Shown: piece by piece, positions 53,101 to 64,000 of the stretch
Numbering within the stretch: position 1 is the stretch's first letter
Layout of the letters: the number at the start of each line of letters is the position of its first letter
Assembly (NCBI RefSeq): GCF_000150275.1
Contig: NW_002060944.1
Coordinates: 7,826,735 to 7,890,734 of the forward strand
DNA: 64,000 nucleotides
Reading direction: 5' to 3'
Origin: Trichoplax adhaerens
Lineage: Eukaryota; Animalia; Placozoa
Position numbers and translations under genes: made by a program
Notes under the pieces: model-generated
Seen by the model: the letters and a program-made list of their open reading frames with translations, nothing else
What the model was told of the DNA's origin: nothing
The model's database searches: none

Positions 53101-54231
53101 TTTGGAATTGCCGATATTGGTCGTTGTTGATTATTAATAATAGTTGATCTAGCTATAGTATTCCACATAGCCTGTGCGAATGGATGCACTGTAGATATGA
53201 AGATGATCAACATCATTCTTGCGGCGTTGGACATGAATAGAGAAATAAATGGTATCTTAAATAGATAGATTCGTACTGCAGAATGGATTGCTTATCTACT
53301 ATGAGAAAAATGTTCTGTTTAATTATCTTAACCTGATTACATGTGGTTTTGTGGCTCTGAATTGATCGGTTAAAATTATTTAAGAGCTGAATGGGATCTC
53401 ATGTAATTTATTTGAGTTCAGAGCACTTTGCAATAGATTTATACTACTAGGTAATTATAATTATTGCTCTACTACTCTCAGCCTCGATATGAAAGCCTCT
53501 CTTAAATTCTCACTTGATTTAAACAATTTATCTTGTGAGAATTAGATTGTTTAAATCCCATAAGGTTAGATAGAATAATTGCATATTTTAATTACACGCC
53601 GATACCTACAAAGATTTCAGTAAATGCTAATAAATCCTAACTTTCTATAGATTAGAAATGATGATAAATTTCAAATTGCTAAACTGATTCTGCCATTAGT
53701 GCAATATATCAGCATCAAAAGAATACAGTTCGAAAAATTAATGTATAATTGCATTAAATGAGTATTTAATGCTGATATTAGCTATTTAAATTACCATTAG
53801 TAAATAATTTCTGTTTCTGAATGGTGCATCATCACATATTAAATAATATATTAAGGTTTAGTACTCGCAGCAAAAGATCCGTTTCTATACTGTAAGTGAA
53901 GCTTTACACTATGTGTTTTTCTTGTCGAAAGATTTTGATTAAATCATTAAATTTTAACGTTAGTAAGCTTATATAATTCCCGACAAACATCGACTCATAA
54001 GCTGTATCCCATGACTTGTTTAGTGTTATCTGGCGATATGGGAAGGATTTCAGCTATTGATGATGCTTACTTGATTGGCTTCCTTGCAAGCTTCATTAAA
54101 TACATTTAAATGCTCGTAAATTTAAATTGTGTTTCATTCTTGAACTATGAAATAAATACATTTCCATCTTTTTTCTACAGTAGTTCTTTTAAGTCTGAAT
54201 ATGTGACAGAAATTGACTGAAACTTCATGCA

Positions 54232-55167
54232 ATCAATTTTATCATAATCATTATGGCCAATATTCAGAAAATTGGTTAAGGAGTACACCGTGTCTATTAG
54301 CCTTTTTCTTGGGTAGTTTATCGAGTATTATGTCGATCTTGATGATGCTGCTTATTAGTATTGATCTCCACTTACGTACTGTTGATCCGATCCGTTATCA
54401 AAGTCGGAATTATAAGTATAACAGTTTTAGAACTACAATTATTCTATTCTGGTTGTCATGTCTATTGTATGTCGGAATACCTACTATTACAAGTGCTAAT
54501 GCTGCTGGTAATGATCGAGTTTATAAATATAGCAGCATTTGTATGCCAAGCAATGTAGATAATACTTATTTTAAAACATGGATTTTAGTTATTACATTTT
54601 TAACTGCTGGTATATGGCTAACAATTTGTGCATTATACTATTTAGTCTTTATAAAAGCATATCAAAGTAGTATTTCAGTACAACGTACATCAGCATCAGC
54701 AGGCCAAAAATTAGCGAGAAAACTATCCATCAACATAATTAACTGATTTAATTTCATGGCTGCCTTATTATTTAATCGTGTATAAGGTTCTATTTACTAA
54801 TAATATTGATATCTTTGAGCTAAAATTTGTAAACTTACATGCATTACCAATTAATTCAGCTCTTACTCCGTTCTTATATAGTTGTAATTATTTTACTACT
54901 CCATGTATTTACCGAATTACTCAGGCTAACAAACCAACTATGGTACGTTAACATAATAGATGATCGAGCGCCGTTCGTGATACTAGCCCTAATCAGACTT
55001 GTGCTACCGGTCATAGTTATTCGGGTGAAAATAGAGCCCAAGATAATAATCCTAGTAGCTCGAAATCAATGAAAGCCTTCGAGAATTCCGATGAAGCTGC
55101 ATTTCAATATGAATTTATGACGATAAAAGCTAATGATCGATCGACGATTCGAATTTCAGAAGTTTAA
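54232..55167 (+). pseudogene. 5'-truncated, frameshifted LGR 7TM exon copy (ECL1 to C-tail)
   Basis: Begins mid-exon (QFYHNHYGQ) with no acceptor. Matches 51867 onward, frameshifts near 54732 and 54835, and ends at a TAA equivalent to the gene B stop. Confidence 0.88.
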
Positions 55168-56238
55168 ACTATGGATCTACCTCTAACTTAGGGAGTAATA
55201 TTTCAGTATGTTAGCGATGATATTATACATAAAGTGTCCAAGGCTCATTGATATTTCTATAAATTTTAATGCCCCATAAATAAATTTTAAGTATTGGAAA
55301 CAATGGTAGACTCTAACTTACCGAATTTTTGGCAATACTGGTATAGTAGTCAGTGATGACGAAAAATTGGTGGTTTAATATAAGAAATTAGTAATTATAA
55401 TAAAATGAATTTTCATGTGCCAACTGTAATATTTGTACTATTGACAAATAATTTCTGCTTACATATGAGATGCCATTGCCTATTTATTACTTACGTTGAT
55501 TAATTATTTGTGTTAGAAGATTCCATGATGTATCACAATGACACGATTAAGGTTATGACACTAGAAGATGCTATGAAATAAATATATTTTACCTTTGTTG
55601 TTCTAGTAATTCTACCTCGCGTAACATAACTTAGTATAAGATTGTAGATTATTAGTTTTGTTCATTGTGATGTACGGTGTTGCAGCCTTCCACATTTATC
55701 TAAGGCATATTTAGTAGCTCATAGTCATAGACTGTAATTAAATTCTATGTTTGAGTATAGATGATCATGTACAGTTGGGTATAGAGTCAATATTGGTGCC
55801 AGAAGTAAAAATAGATATGTAACTTATATATTAGGTTATGATTAGTTCATCATACTTTGGCTGGTAGAGATAATATCTACGTTTTAATACTGTAGCTGTT
55901 GCCGCGTTGGATTAACTATTATCGATGATCCATTGTAAAGTCTTGTTACGATTAATCATCTGAATGAGTGTAAAATCTGGTACCAAGTGGTTATGCTGAT
56001 TGTAGCTGCTAACACTAAAAAATAATATAAGCAGACGATTTTAGATTATTCGATCGTTCTATTCAGAAATTTTTCTAGTAATAATTATATTCAGCTAAAG
56101 ATCAGTGCCGTTAATGTAGTTTGACGAAAAATTAAAAATGAAAAAATTAGTAATAAGTTGTAACAAAATTTCATGTGCATAATATAATAATTATACTAAC
56201 AACAAATGATTTCCGTTTATATTTATAAAATGATTACA

Positions 56239-56340
56239 GCTAATGAAATTGATATCTTCGAGCTTAAAGTTGTTATTATACTTGTTTTAACTATTAATTT
56301 GGTCTTAAATTCATTTTTATTCTGCAATAACTTTCATTAA
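56239..56340 (+). pseudogene. Old relic of LGR TM7
   Basis: ANEIDIFELKVVIILVLTINLVLNSFLFCNN versus TNTIDIFELKFVIILALPINSALNPFLYSCN in B. C-tail-like GATGATATTCCAAAT resumes after the 56375-56993 insertion. Confidence 0.75.
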
Positions 56341-56374
56341 TTACTATCGTATAGTTATAGTATCTCATCGTAAC

Positions 56375-56993
56375 TGTCGTGAAAGTAATCTTCGTGACCT
56401 ATACTTTATTTCTATGTTACGTTCTATATATGTTTATATCTCAGAAATGTTTTACGGTCTCCTTAATAGTAATTTTAGTGGTTAACAGCTCATATCATTA
56501 ATTTAGGATTACATAGACTAAAATAGTAATTGCCAACCAGCTAAACTGGATTATATCATCGCCTTTATGGTTGTTAAGGTTCAAAGTACAATTCCTAAGT
56601 TTAGAGGAAATGTCTTAATAGGATAGCTTTATATGTATCCGTTCAACTATAATAAGCATTCAATATTTTAATACTGTTACAGTAAATTTAATAGGATTAG
56701 ATTCTATCTAATTTGTACAGATAGAATCTCTTTAGGTATTAATTCAGTTAATTTCTAATAGACGAGGTGACTTGTGTAGCTAAACTGGTTTTAGGTCCGA
56801 AACCTATATAAACGGCGAGTTCGTCGACAATAAATTAGATTGTGATTTTCTAGTAAGTCTTGAAGGTATCCCTGAGTTAAACCCTATCTGCCCTGGAATA
56901 CCAATTATCTGGTATTCCAAATAATAGTAGTAAAGGGTAGAAATCACTCTCTCAATCCTTGTTGCAAGTTAGGGCTATTCCTAGCTCGCAACA
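56375..56993. mobile_element. Solo-LTR-like element, family 3, uninterrupted copy
   Basis: GTAAC|TGTCGTGAAAG...CCTAGCTCGCAACA|GTAAT. Homologous to 29287-31032. Confidence 0.82.
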
Positions 56994-57132
56994 GTAATAA
57001 AAAAAGAACTGATGATATTCCAAATTAGGCAGAAGATTGTCATCATGACCAGTCTCTAAATTCGAGTCAATCTGATTATTACACCAGCCGAACACAAGAC
57101 AATATTTATCCTCGTGACTTCGTATAATATCT

Positions 57133-57635
57133 TGTTAAGGTATTACCTGACCGTTAAGATAGTTTAATAGTACTAGTTAAGATAACTAATACCTTAACGT
57201 GGATATTGTTTGTAATAGTTTATTGCGTATTTGATTTTGATTGTTATTATATGTATAGATAGTAGGAAGGTGATTCAAGTTCTGGATAATGATAGGTGAA
57301 CTAGACAACATACTTAGATTAAGATTAAGTATGAGAGATAGGTTAAAAATATTTACTGATAGAAAAGCTATGTAAGGAGCATCTCAGTTCGAGATGTCTC
57401 TCCTGGTAAGGTATAATAATAATAGTGTTATTTACAAATTAGACGGTTCCTATATAAATGGGAAAATTTTGAGTTATGTTAAGGTGTGAAAAGTTGTAGA
57501 AATGGCTATGCTAATAAATGCTCCGCTCCGTCTTTATGGTAGTTTGCTATATATGTTTAACGTTTAATAAAAAGTCAGTAGTTATTTATAGACTTTTACC
57601 TTACATTTCTTTGTCGCAGAGTTTAAAGTGTGACT
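57133..57635. mobile_element. Possible degenerate solo-LTR-like element
   Basis: TGTTAAGGT...ACCGTTAA start and TTGTCGCAGAG...GTGTGAC end resemble the hairpin termini of other families; no TSD. Confidence 0.3.
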
Positions 57636-59144
57636 TCGTCTGATCAGAGATTGCATTATATTACGATTATGTCATGGTTAATAAATTCCAATACGCGATA
57701 ACGCGAGCATCTAATGTTAAAACCATGAATACTTTTTAACATCAGTTGGAATGGCAATCTTGTAATGGTAGGATTTATTAAGATCTAATAAAATAATATT
57801 ATATTCTTAATCCATATTATAGCTCATGAGTAACTAAAATCTTTAATTACAGGACAGTCAACGGTATTCGATTGCTTGATTACGACTTACGTGAGTAACT
57901 TTAACTGAAAATTAAAAGTTAGAATTGAAATTGTATCTTATTAATGTAGTGGCCAATGCAAATTCTATGTTGTAAGATGTTATCACGATGTTAAATTATT
58001 TCACTAAGGTATTGTACGAATTACAAATGGATTAATTGACGGATACCATTGTGGATTACTGCTATTGGCTGGTGCTATTTTCTATGTTGTTTATAAGACC
58101 AATAAGAAACTTTAATATGCTAATTGAAATAGATAGCTGGATGATTATTTAGATGCTAAAATACCCTAGTAATTGCTTTCACTTCGAAAGCTGCAATTTA
58201 GCAAATAACATCAAACTTTTCATCTCACAGTTCCTTATTAAAGCTTATCTATAATAGGTTTCACTTGTTTTTAGTTTAAAATCATGCCTGATTAACATTC
58301 TAATCCTCTACATAGTATCAATATATTCAAGCATAGTAAAAAAATCCACTGTTTTACATTTACTGTTTATTAATTGAATGATAACTTAAACAAACTAACT
58401 CTAAACCATTAATGCTTATTAACCTATAATTTGTAGCACCTGCTTCATTGTTTAGTACCGATCAGCAGGTGCATTTACAATAAAAGTTTTCTATTTGTTT
58501 TACGTTTTATTAATTTGGCAGAGTGTGAATTATTGATAAGCACGAACATTTGTTTTTTTACTACTTTGCAATATGTCTCAACGAAAGTGGTCATTTTAAA
58601 GCGGATGATAATGAGAATTGCAACCTAGCGATGATGATATCAGCAGATTCTATTTCAACTATAAATTAATTATTTTGAAAGACTATTATTAAACTGTCAA
58701 TCAAATCATAGTTGCTATTTGCAGCGATAGAACGAGAACACATTTATTTAGTAATCAGGAAATGATCGCTGGAAGCAGAAAATTTCCAATAAAAGAATTA
58801 AAATTAAAGTGCCTGATCAACGAAAATAGAAAATCATTATTCTTGTTTATCAGGTTTATATCTTTCAGTATAAGCAGGTCAATCATACTAGCTAATACAC
58901 AAGCATAAATAGTAACAAATATTGGTATGGTGTATTCATATATATCTAGTGATAATAAAATAAATTCAATAAAGAATTATTAAAGTTATCAAATAAATTG
59001 ATTTTTATTTTAAAATGTAAATTCAAAAATAAAGCAAGATTAATTAATCTGAGAAAAATGATTAGTAAACTCTTGATTTCGTTATATGATTTCAATTTTA
59101 AATGTAACAGTTAATTATATCAAATAATTGCCATAGTCAACATT

Positions 59145-59774
59145 TGTGACAGTATTATATACTGTATTAGAGTAGAAATATCTATATTAGGATAATTCTG
59201 TTAGCCTATTCTTATTTAGTTAACTTCTAATTTGGATATACTGTGTTTTAATATAGCACTGACTTTTTATGATAGTGACACATATACACATACTGAAATT
59301 AATAGTTATAATAGGGAATGCGAATCATCTACTTACAGTTCGAATCGTTGTGATTGTAACCTACTTATGGTAGATTGTAAATTATCGTGGAAATGGTCCG
59401 TGATAGGACATATCGTAATCTGACTTTTCTGTATTAGTCATCAGATGTCTATGTTCGTAAATACTGTTGTCTGCATTAAGGGAGCAGTAGCTAAAATTAA
59501 TATTTAATTCAGTGAATGATTCCAAAGTTAATCATACTAACTATGACTCATGAACTATTGAGGAAGAGTATATCAATGCAGTATATCGTGTAATAAAGAG
59601 GATTCTTAAACTTAGTGTTTAACGTAAAATACGAGGCGTCTAAGTCTTTGTGTAGTCTGCTAGTAGAGCAAAAGTATTTCTGATAGTGCAGATATCGTTC
59701 CTTGATACGTGGTTCAAGGAATTGACTTATTGATTGTACATTACGTTATCTTGTTGCAAAGCTGTTTTGTGACA
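59145..59774. mobile_element. Solo-LTR-like element, family 1
   Basis: TGTGACAGTATTATATACTGTA...TTGTTGCAAAGCTGTTTTGTGACA. Full-length homology to 9263-9907. Confidence 0.82.
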
Positions 59775-60519
59775 ATACTGTACTTGTTTATGTCTAATAA
59801 TATCATATGCGGGCAGATCTAAAGATGACAGCAAGTCGGATCGCTTTTGTTTTTGGTATAGACTCATGATTATTATTTTATAAGCCGCATTGATGCCGCA
59901 AAAGAATATTATTTAAATAGATAATACTAAAATTTCTTCTTTCTTCATTTACCTTATTTGTCAGTGAAATACTTTATACCGTAATCAGCAATGTCAACTT
60001 TAACCCCAATCTCTAAAGCTGATTGTATATATCGATGTTGCAAACGGTCGTTAGTAGAAATGTACACAGGGCTTTATTTTGTCATTTACTACAGAATAAG
60101 CTGGTATGTTATACGCGTATGCGTATAATTATATATCACCGTGGGTACATGTGGAACATTATATTTTAATTTCATAATTAAAATTTTGCATTTTACTTAT
60201 TTAACATTGAATCAATTTTGTTTAAACTAGAAGCCTTAAGAATGGTTTGTGAAGACGTTCATCTTATGATCCCGGAACATACCAAAATCATGATTGAAAG
60301 GCAACAGATATTATGACAATATATTTCTTAATCTATTTTTTTTTTAAATTCTATCATTAATAAATAAATTCCAATTCCAATACAGAACTCTAATTGTTAT
60401 TTCTTATTATAATATAAATAGAGAAAATCCTATTCATTTTTTAATCAGTTCCCTACGACTGTAAGACTTTCCCCATCCGCTTTTTCTTAGTTATTAAATC
60501 CATCTAGTTACTTTTCGCC

Positions 60520-63212
60520 ATGAAAATAAGGTTACTATCATCATTTCAAAGTTTGATCATCATCTGCATTGCTCTATTTTGTGGTAAGAGGACATTAAGT
60601 TTGTACGATGTAAATTTGATATAAATAGGTACGGCCTAAAATTCACTTAAAGTCTGTTTAATCTTAAATAATAAGACAACGATAATAGGTAACTGGTGTC
60701 ACAAACTCCCGTGTGACAAGATAAGGTTGTGATCTAATCTACGATCTCTTAATAATTCGTACGCCTTCGATTTCCGTTATACTTTTAACCTTAGGAACTA
60801 AGAACTAACTTTTATTAATTTGTCCAATCGTTTAAATAGATTTTATCTACAAGCTTTTACACACCTCTTAGAATACTACTAATCCAACTATAGATATAAA
60901 TGACCTTTAATACATCACAATTTAAATCGTACCGTCTACAATCTATATCTGGTTACATAATCTCCTCGGCTTACAATATCATTGTACCCGCAAAGCATGC
61001 TTTATTTTGGTACGGTGAGTTAGCACCGTGACACTGGATAAAATGTTCAAGTATAAATTTGGTGCTAAACTTTATTTTATGCCGTAATCATATCTATATG
61101 ATATTCAGATAGGCGGTTTGCCTAGCTAAGTGCAGATATTGTCAAGGTTTTAAAGACCATCTTTAACTATAAATGTCTTGTTTTGATCGTTATACTGATA
61201 GTACATGAATTAGAGGAGTTTAGAAATCTACTGGTAAGATCGCCGTATTTTTCTAGGCATTAATATGCATATCTCAATTCGTTTTTCGATTTTGTCTTAC
61301 TCTGCCCATTAAATTGGTTTATCTCAACAGCTTGTTTATATATAGTACTATATCTGATAACAATAGTTAAATAATTTCAAATTTGATATAATTGCAACTC
61401 TTTAACATCTTGAAATGGAAAAACTCATTTTTAACCGAGTAATTGCAATGATAAAATGAATTTTTTCCAATATCTCAGAAATTAACTTACGAGTCGTATA
61501 GTATAGAACTGAAAGTTAAATACTTATTAGCCAATTCCTTACGAAATAATCTGCTTATACTTGGTAACTATATAATAATTTTCAAATGAACCAACTTATT
61601 ATTATTTACGTAATTTATCGGAACCGCATGTTCAGGTAGATGCACTCTATTTTGTAGAATAAAAATTTTAAATAATTTTACGTACATTTATAGTTATTTT
61701 TGTGGTAGTAAACCGTCATAATCATCGTTATACGTTTATATTCTATAGTTTTGGCGTTATTTCTTAAATTGTCTATTTTTCAAAATGTAAGTAAGAGAAA
61801 AATAAATACTGTTAACGAGTACAGATTGACGGATTGGATGGTTGCAGAATTTATAAAGTGATGGAAATTGTGATTGAGAGAAAAGTAATGCTTTCCAGTT
61901 TGTTGCCGCTTTAAATATATATATACTACGGCTATGCCTAAGTATAGAGTGAAATATGATCAGATTCATTCAAAAAATACTATTGAGGGATTGAATTGGC
62001 TATGTATGAATAACATGATTAAAGGGATATCGAACTTCAAGAACCGTTGTCACAACCCTCACTTGTGGCAAAGGAAAGTAAAGAACTCTAGTGTAGTTAC
62101 TTAAAACTTGGGTTATTTCTCCCAGTACTTTCAGTTTCTATGAGAGAAGTATTTGAGAACTCGATTTCTCGGCTGATCTCCACAGATAACTGACTAATTA
62201 TTACACTATTCTTCACGATATGAGTCTTGCCGTTTCTTGAGCAATTACCTTCTTTATTCTACAAACACACGCGCTTAAATAGGTTTCTACAGTGAATCCC
62301 AATATTAACGAGTGAGAATTCATGCTTTATAAGTACATTAATTAGTATAATACCATTACTAAATATACATGTCGATATTCTCAGACTTAGATAGCTACAA
62401 GCTATCAGGTGTTAAGACGCTTAACCTTCGTCCATATACAGCTCAANNNNNNNNNNNNNNNNNNNNNNNNNNNNNNNNNNNNNNNNNNNNNNNNNNTTTA
62501 ATAAAGTCCGTCTTATTTGAAAATGCATACCCCACAGTACAAAATATAACCTGCAATGACATTCATCTGAGTTTCAATTTTGATCAATTATACTGATTAA
62601 TAATTAACCATGAGAACATATTGAGAGTGCTATCGAGAAGGCTATATTTTCTAATTCGATAAACTTTTTAAATATGCAATCGTCAAAGAATTTAAATGGA
62701 CAATTTAACATATATATAACTTTATCAAACTTTTAGTTTCTACAATTTATGATAGAATATAATCAAAATGATGATCAAAACCTATCTTTAGTCACATTGT
62801 AATTTATTACATATGGGGAGATATCGAAGCATACGTATTCTTTTTAATTTATGAAATGGATGAAGTCGGTCCATATTCAAATATGATAGTGATAGTAACA
62901 GTTTGATGGTAATATCAAGTGGATCAGAGTCTTTCTCACTTTCTTGTTACAAGAATAATAATAATATATGTAATAGACTTCTTATTGGTAATAATTTTTC
63001 ATTTTTAGCCTTCTTTATTTGCTAATAAAATACATTCTGTTGATTGATAATTAAAATTAATATCTAGGTATGAAATCAAACTGTCTTATGAATGTAAGTT
63101 GCCCTTCTGAGTGCGTTTGTGAGACGTCCGTTATCAAATGTACCTTGTTCAGTATGCACTCAGTACCTATTTATATTAGACAAAATGAAGATGGATCAAA
63201 ATTTGAGAAGAT
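60520..63212 (+). CDS. 5' part of a third LRR receptor gene (gene C): signal peptide and LRRNT exons; continues beyond window
   Basis: Exon 60520-60583 (MKIRLLSSFQSLIIICIALFCG, phase 1) and exon 63068-63212 (MKSNCLMNVSCPSECVCETSVIKC....SVP, ends phase 2). Same phases as exons 1-2 of A and B. The window ends on an acceptor-like TTTTCTCCAG. Confidence 0.75.
60697..61033. mobile_element. Solo-LTR-like element in gene C intron 1
   Basis: CTGG|TGTCACAAACTCCCGTGTGACA...ACGGTGAGTTAGCACCGTGACA|CTGG with 4-bp TSD. Confidence 0.8.
62048..62446. mobile_element. Probable solo-LTR-like element running into the assembly gap
   Basis: Starts with hairpin terminus TGTCACAACCCTCACTTGTGGCA; other end not visible. 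Confidence 0.45.
62447..62496. other. Assembly gap (50 N)
   Basis: Run of N. Confidence 1.
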
Positions 63213-63214
63213 GT

Positions 63215-63405
63215 AAGTGCATTTTAGACTGTTTCCAAGGATACAATAGTACTGTTGATGAGAATTTGAATTAAGCTTTCGATTACTCAAAGATGAATAT
63301 TCTGACAAGATAAAAGTGAATTTAGACTGTTTTCAAAGTTATGTCGGTACTGTTGATCGATATTTGAATTAAGCTTTTGGTTAATCGAAGATTAATAGAT
63401 TCTAA
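63215..63405. repeat. Two-copy ~99-bp tandem duplication after gene C exon 2
   Basis: AAGTG.ATTT(T)AGACTGTTT.CAA...GTACTGTTGAT..ATTTGAATTAAGCTTT occurs at ~63215 and ~63314. Confidence 0.7.
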
Positions 63406-63429
63406 ATTCTATAGTTTAGTAATTTCGGT

Positions 63430-63928
63430 ACGTTAACGAGTGTATACTAATAATATTGATGCACAAATTTAGATATCATTAGATATTATTCCCAATTTAA
63501 AATACCAAACAACATTCACGCAGGGTAGTTCCAGCTGATATCATTTTAGATAAATTAAATCTCTCACTAGGATATGTATACTTCACAGTGTAAGTCGCTA
63601 CGTCAAGAATATTCACAAGTGCACCATCAGCGTTGGCCGAGACTATAAAAAGCCGAGCACTAGCTTAGCTGCTCAGTTCCATTTAATCACTTGCAGGATC
63701 ACTTGACTGTTATTGCTAAGAATATTCTTACGTTTTTCTTTAGTACATTTTACGACTAAGATTAACTCAAATAAAGTGAAGTAAATAAACCTATTGCTCA
63801 TTAGTAGCTTATTTGTGTAGCTGAGAGTTAGTTCAACTACGATAGGTCCCTAAGTTAGCTGGGAACACGAGTACTAGTGAAGATAGTGTTTAAGACCCGT
63901 TTTCTAGTTACAAAGGAGATTTGTAACA
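63430..63928 (+). mobile_element. LTR fragment related to 30053-30662
   Basis: Shares TCGCTAC, TGCACCA, TATAAAA (63644), CGAGC..ACTAGCTT..TCAGTTCC and AATAAA (63770). Ends GTTACAAAGGAGATTTGTAACA. Left boundary uncertain. Confidence 0.6.
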
Positions 63929-64000
63929 AATGGGTATGATTTTAATCAATTTTGAAACATTGACTTCAGTAACTTTAAATTTAAAATTGCTTTTCTCCAG

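Noticed and set aside
51996-54558. Identical 65-aa ORFs at 51996 and 54361
   Set aside because: Alternative frame of the duplicated 7TM sequence, not a separate gene.

Overview
AT-rich (~70% by eye), intron-dense animal genomic DNA. Composition, short introns and the LRR-GPCR array suggest an early-branching metazoan, possibly a placozoan; this is inference only. The left end holds two convergent housekeeping genes: the last two exons of PDSS1 (+) and a complete 8-exon MRPL45 (-). The rest is a tandem array of giant leucine-rich-repeat GPCR (LGR-type) genes on +, mostly missed by the ORF track because each LRR is its own ~72-nt phase-2 exon. Gene A is 8166-28446 (51 exons, 48 LRR exons, ~1620 aa) and gene B is 33092-52798 (52 exons, 49 LRR exons, ~1690 aa). 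Two 7TM pseudogene relics follow (54232-55167, 56239-56340), then the first two exons of gene C (from 60520). The receptors have a signal peptide, LRRNT, ~48 LRRs, a Cys-bounded hypervariable insert loop six repeats before the hinge, an RXFP/GRL101-like hinge and 7TM but no LDLa, and a non-canonical DRY motif. Single LRR exons are dying, duplicating or losing splice sites. Introns and intergenic DNA carry more than a dozen 340-650 bp TG...CA solo-LTR-like elements with 4-5 bp TSDs and hairpins at both ends, some nested, with empty sites visible in the window. All exon coordinates were derived by hand.
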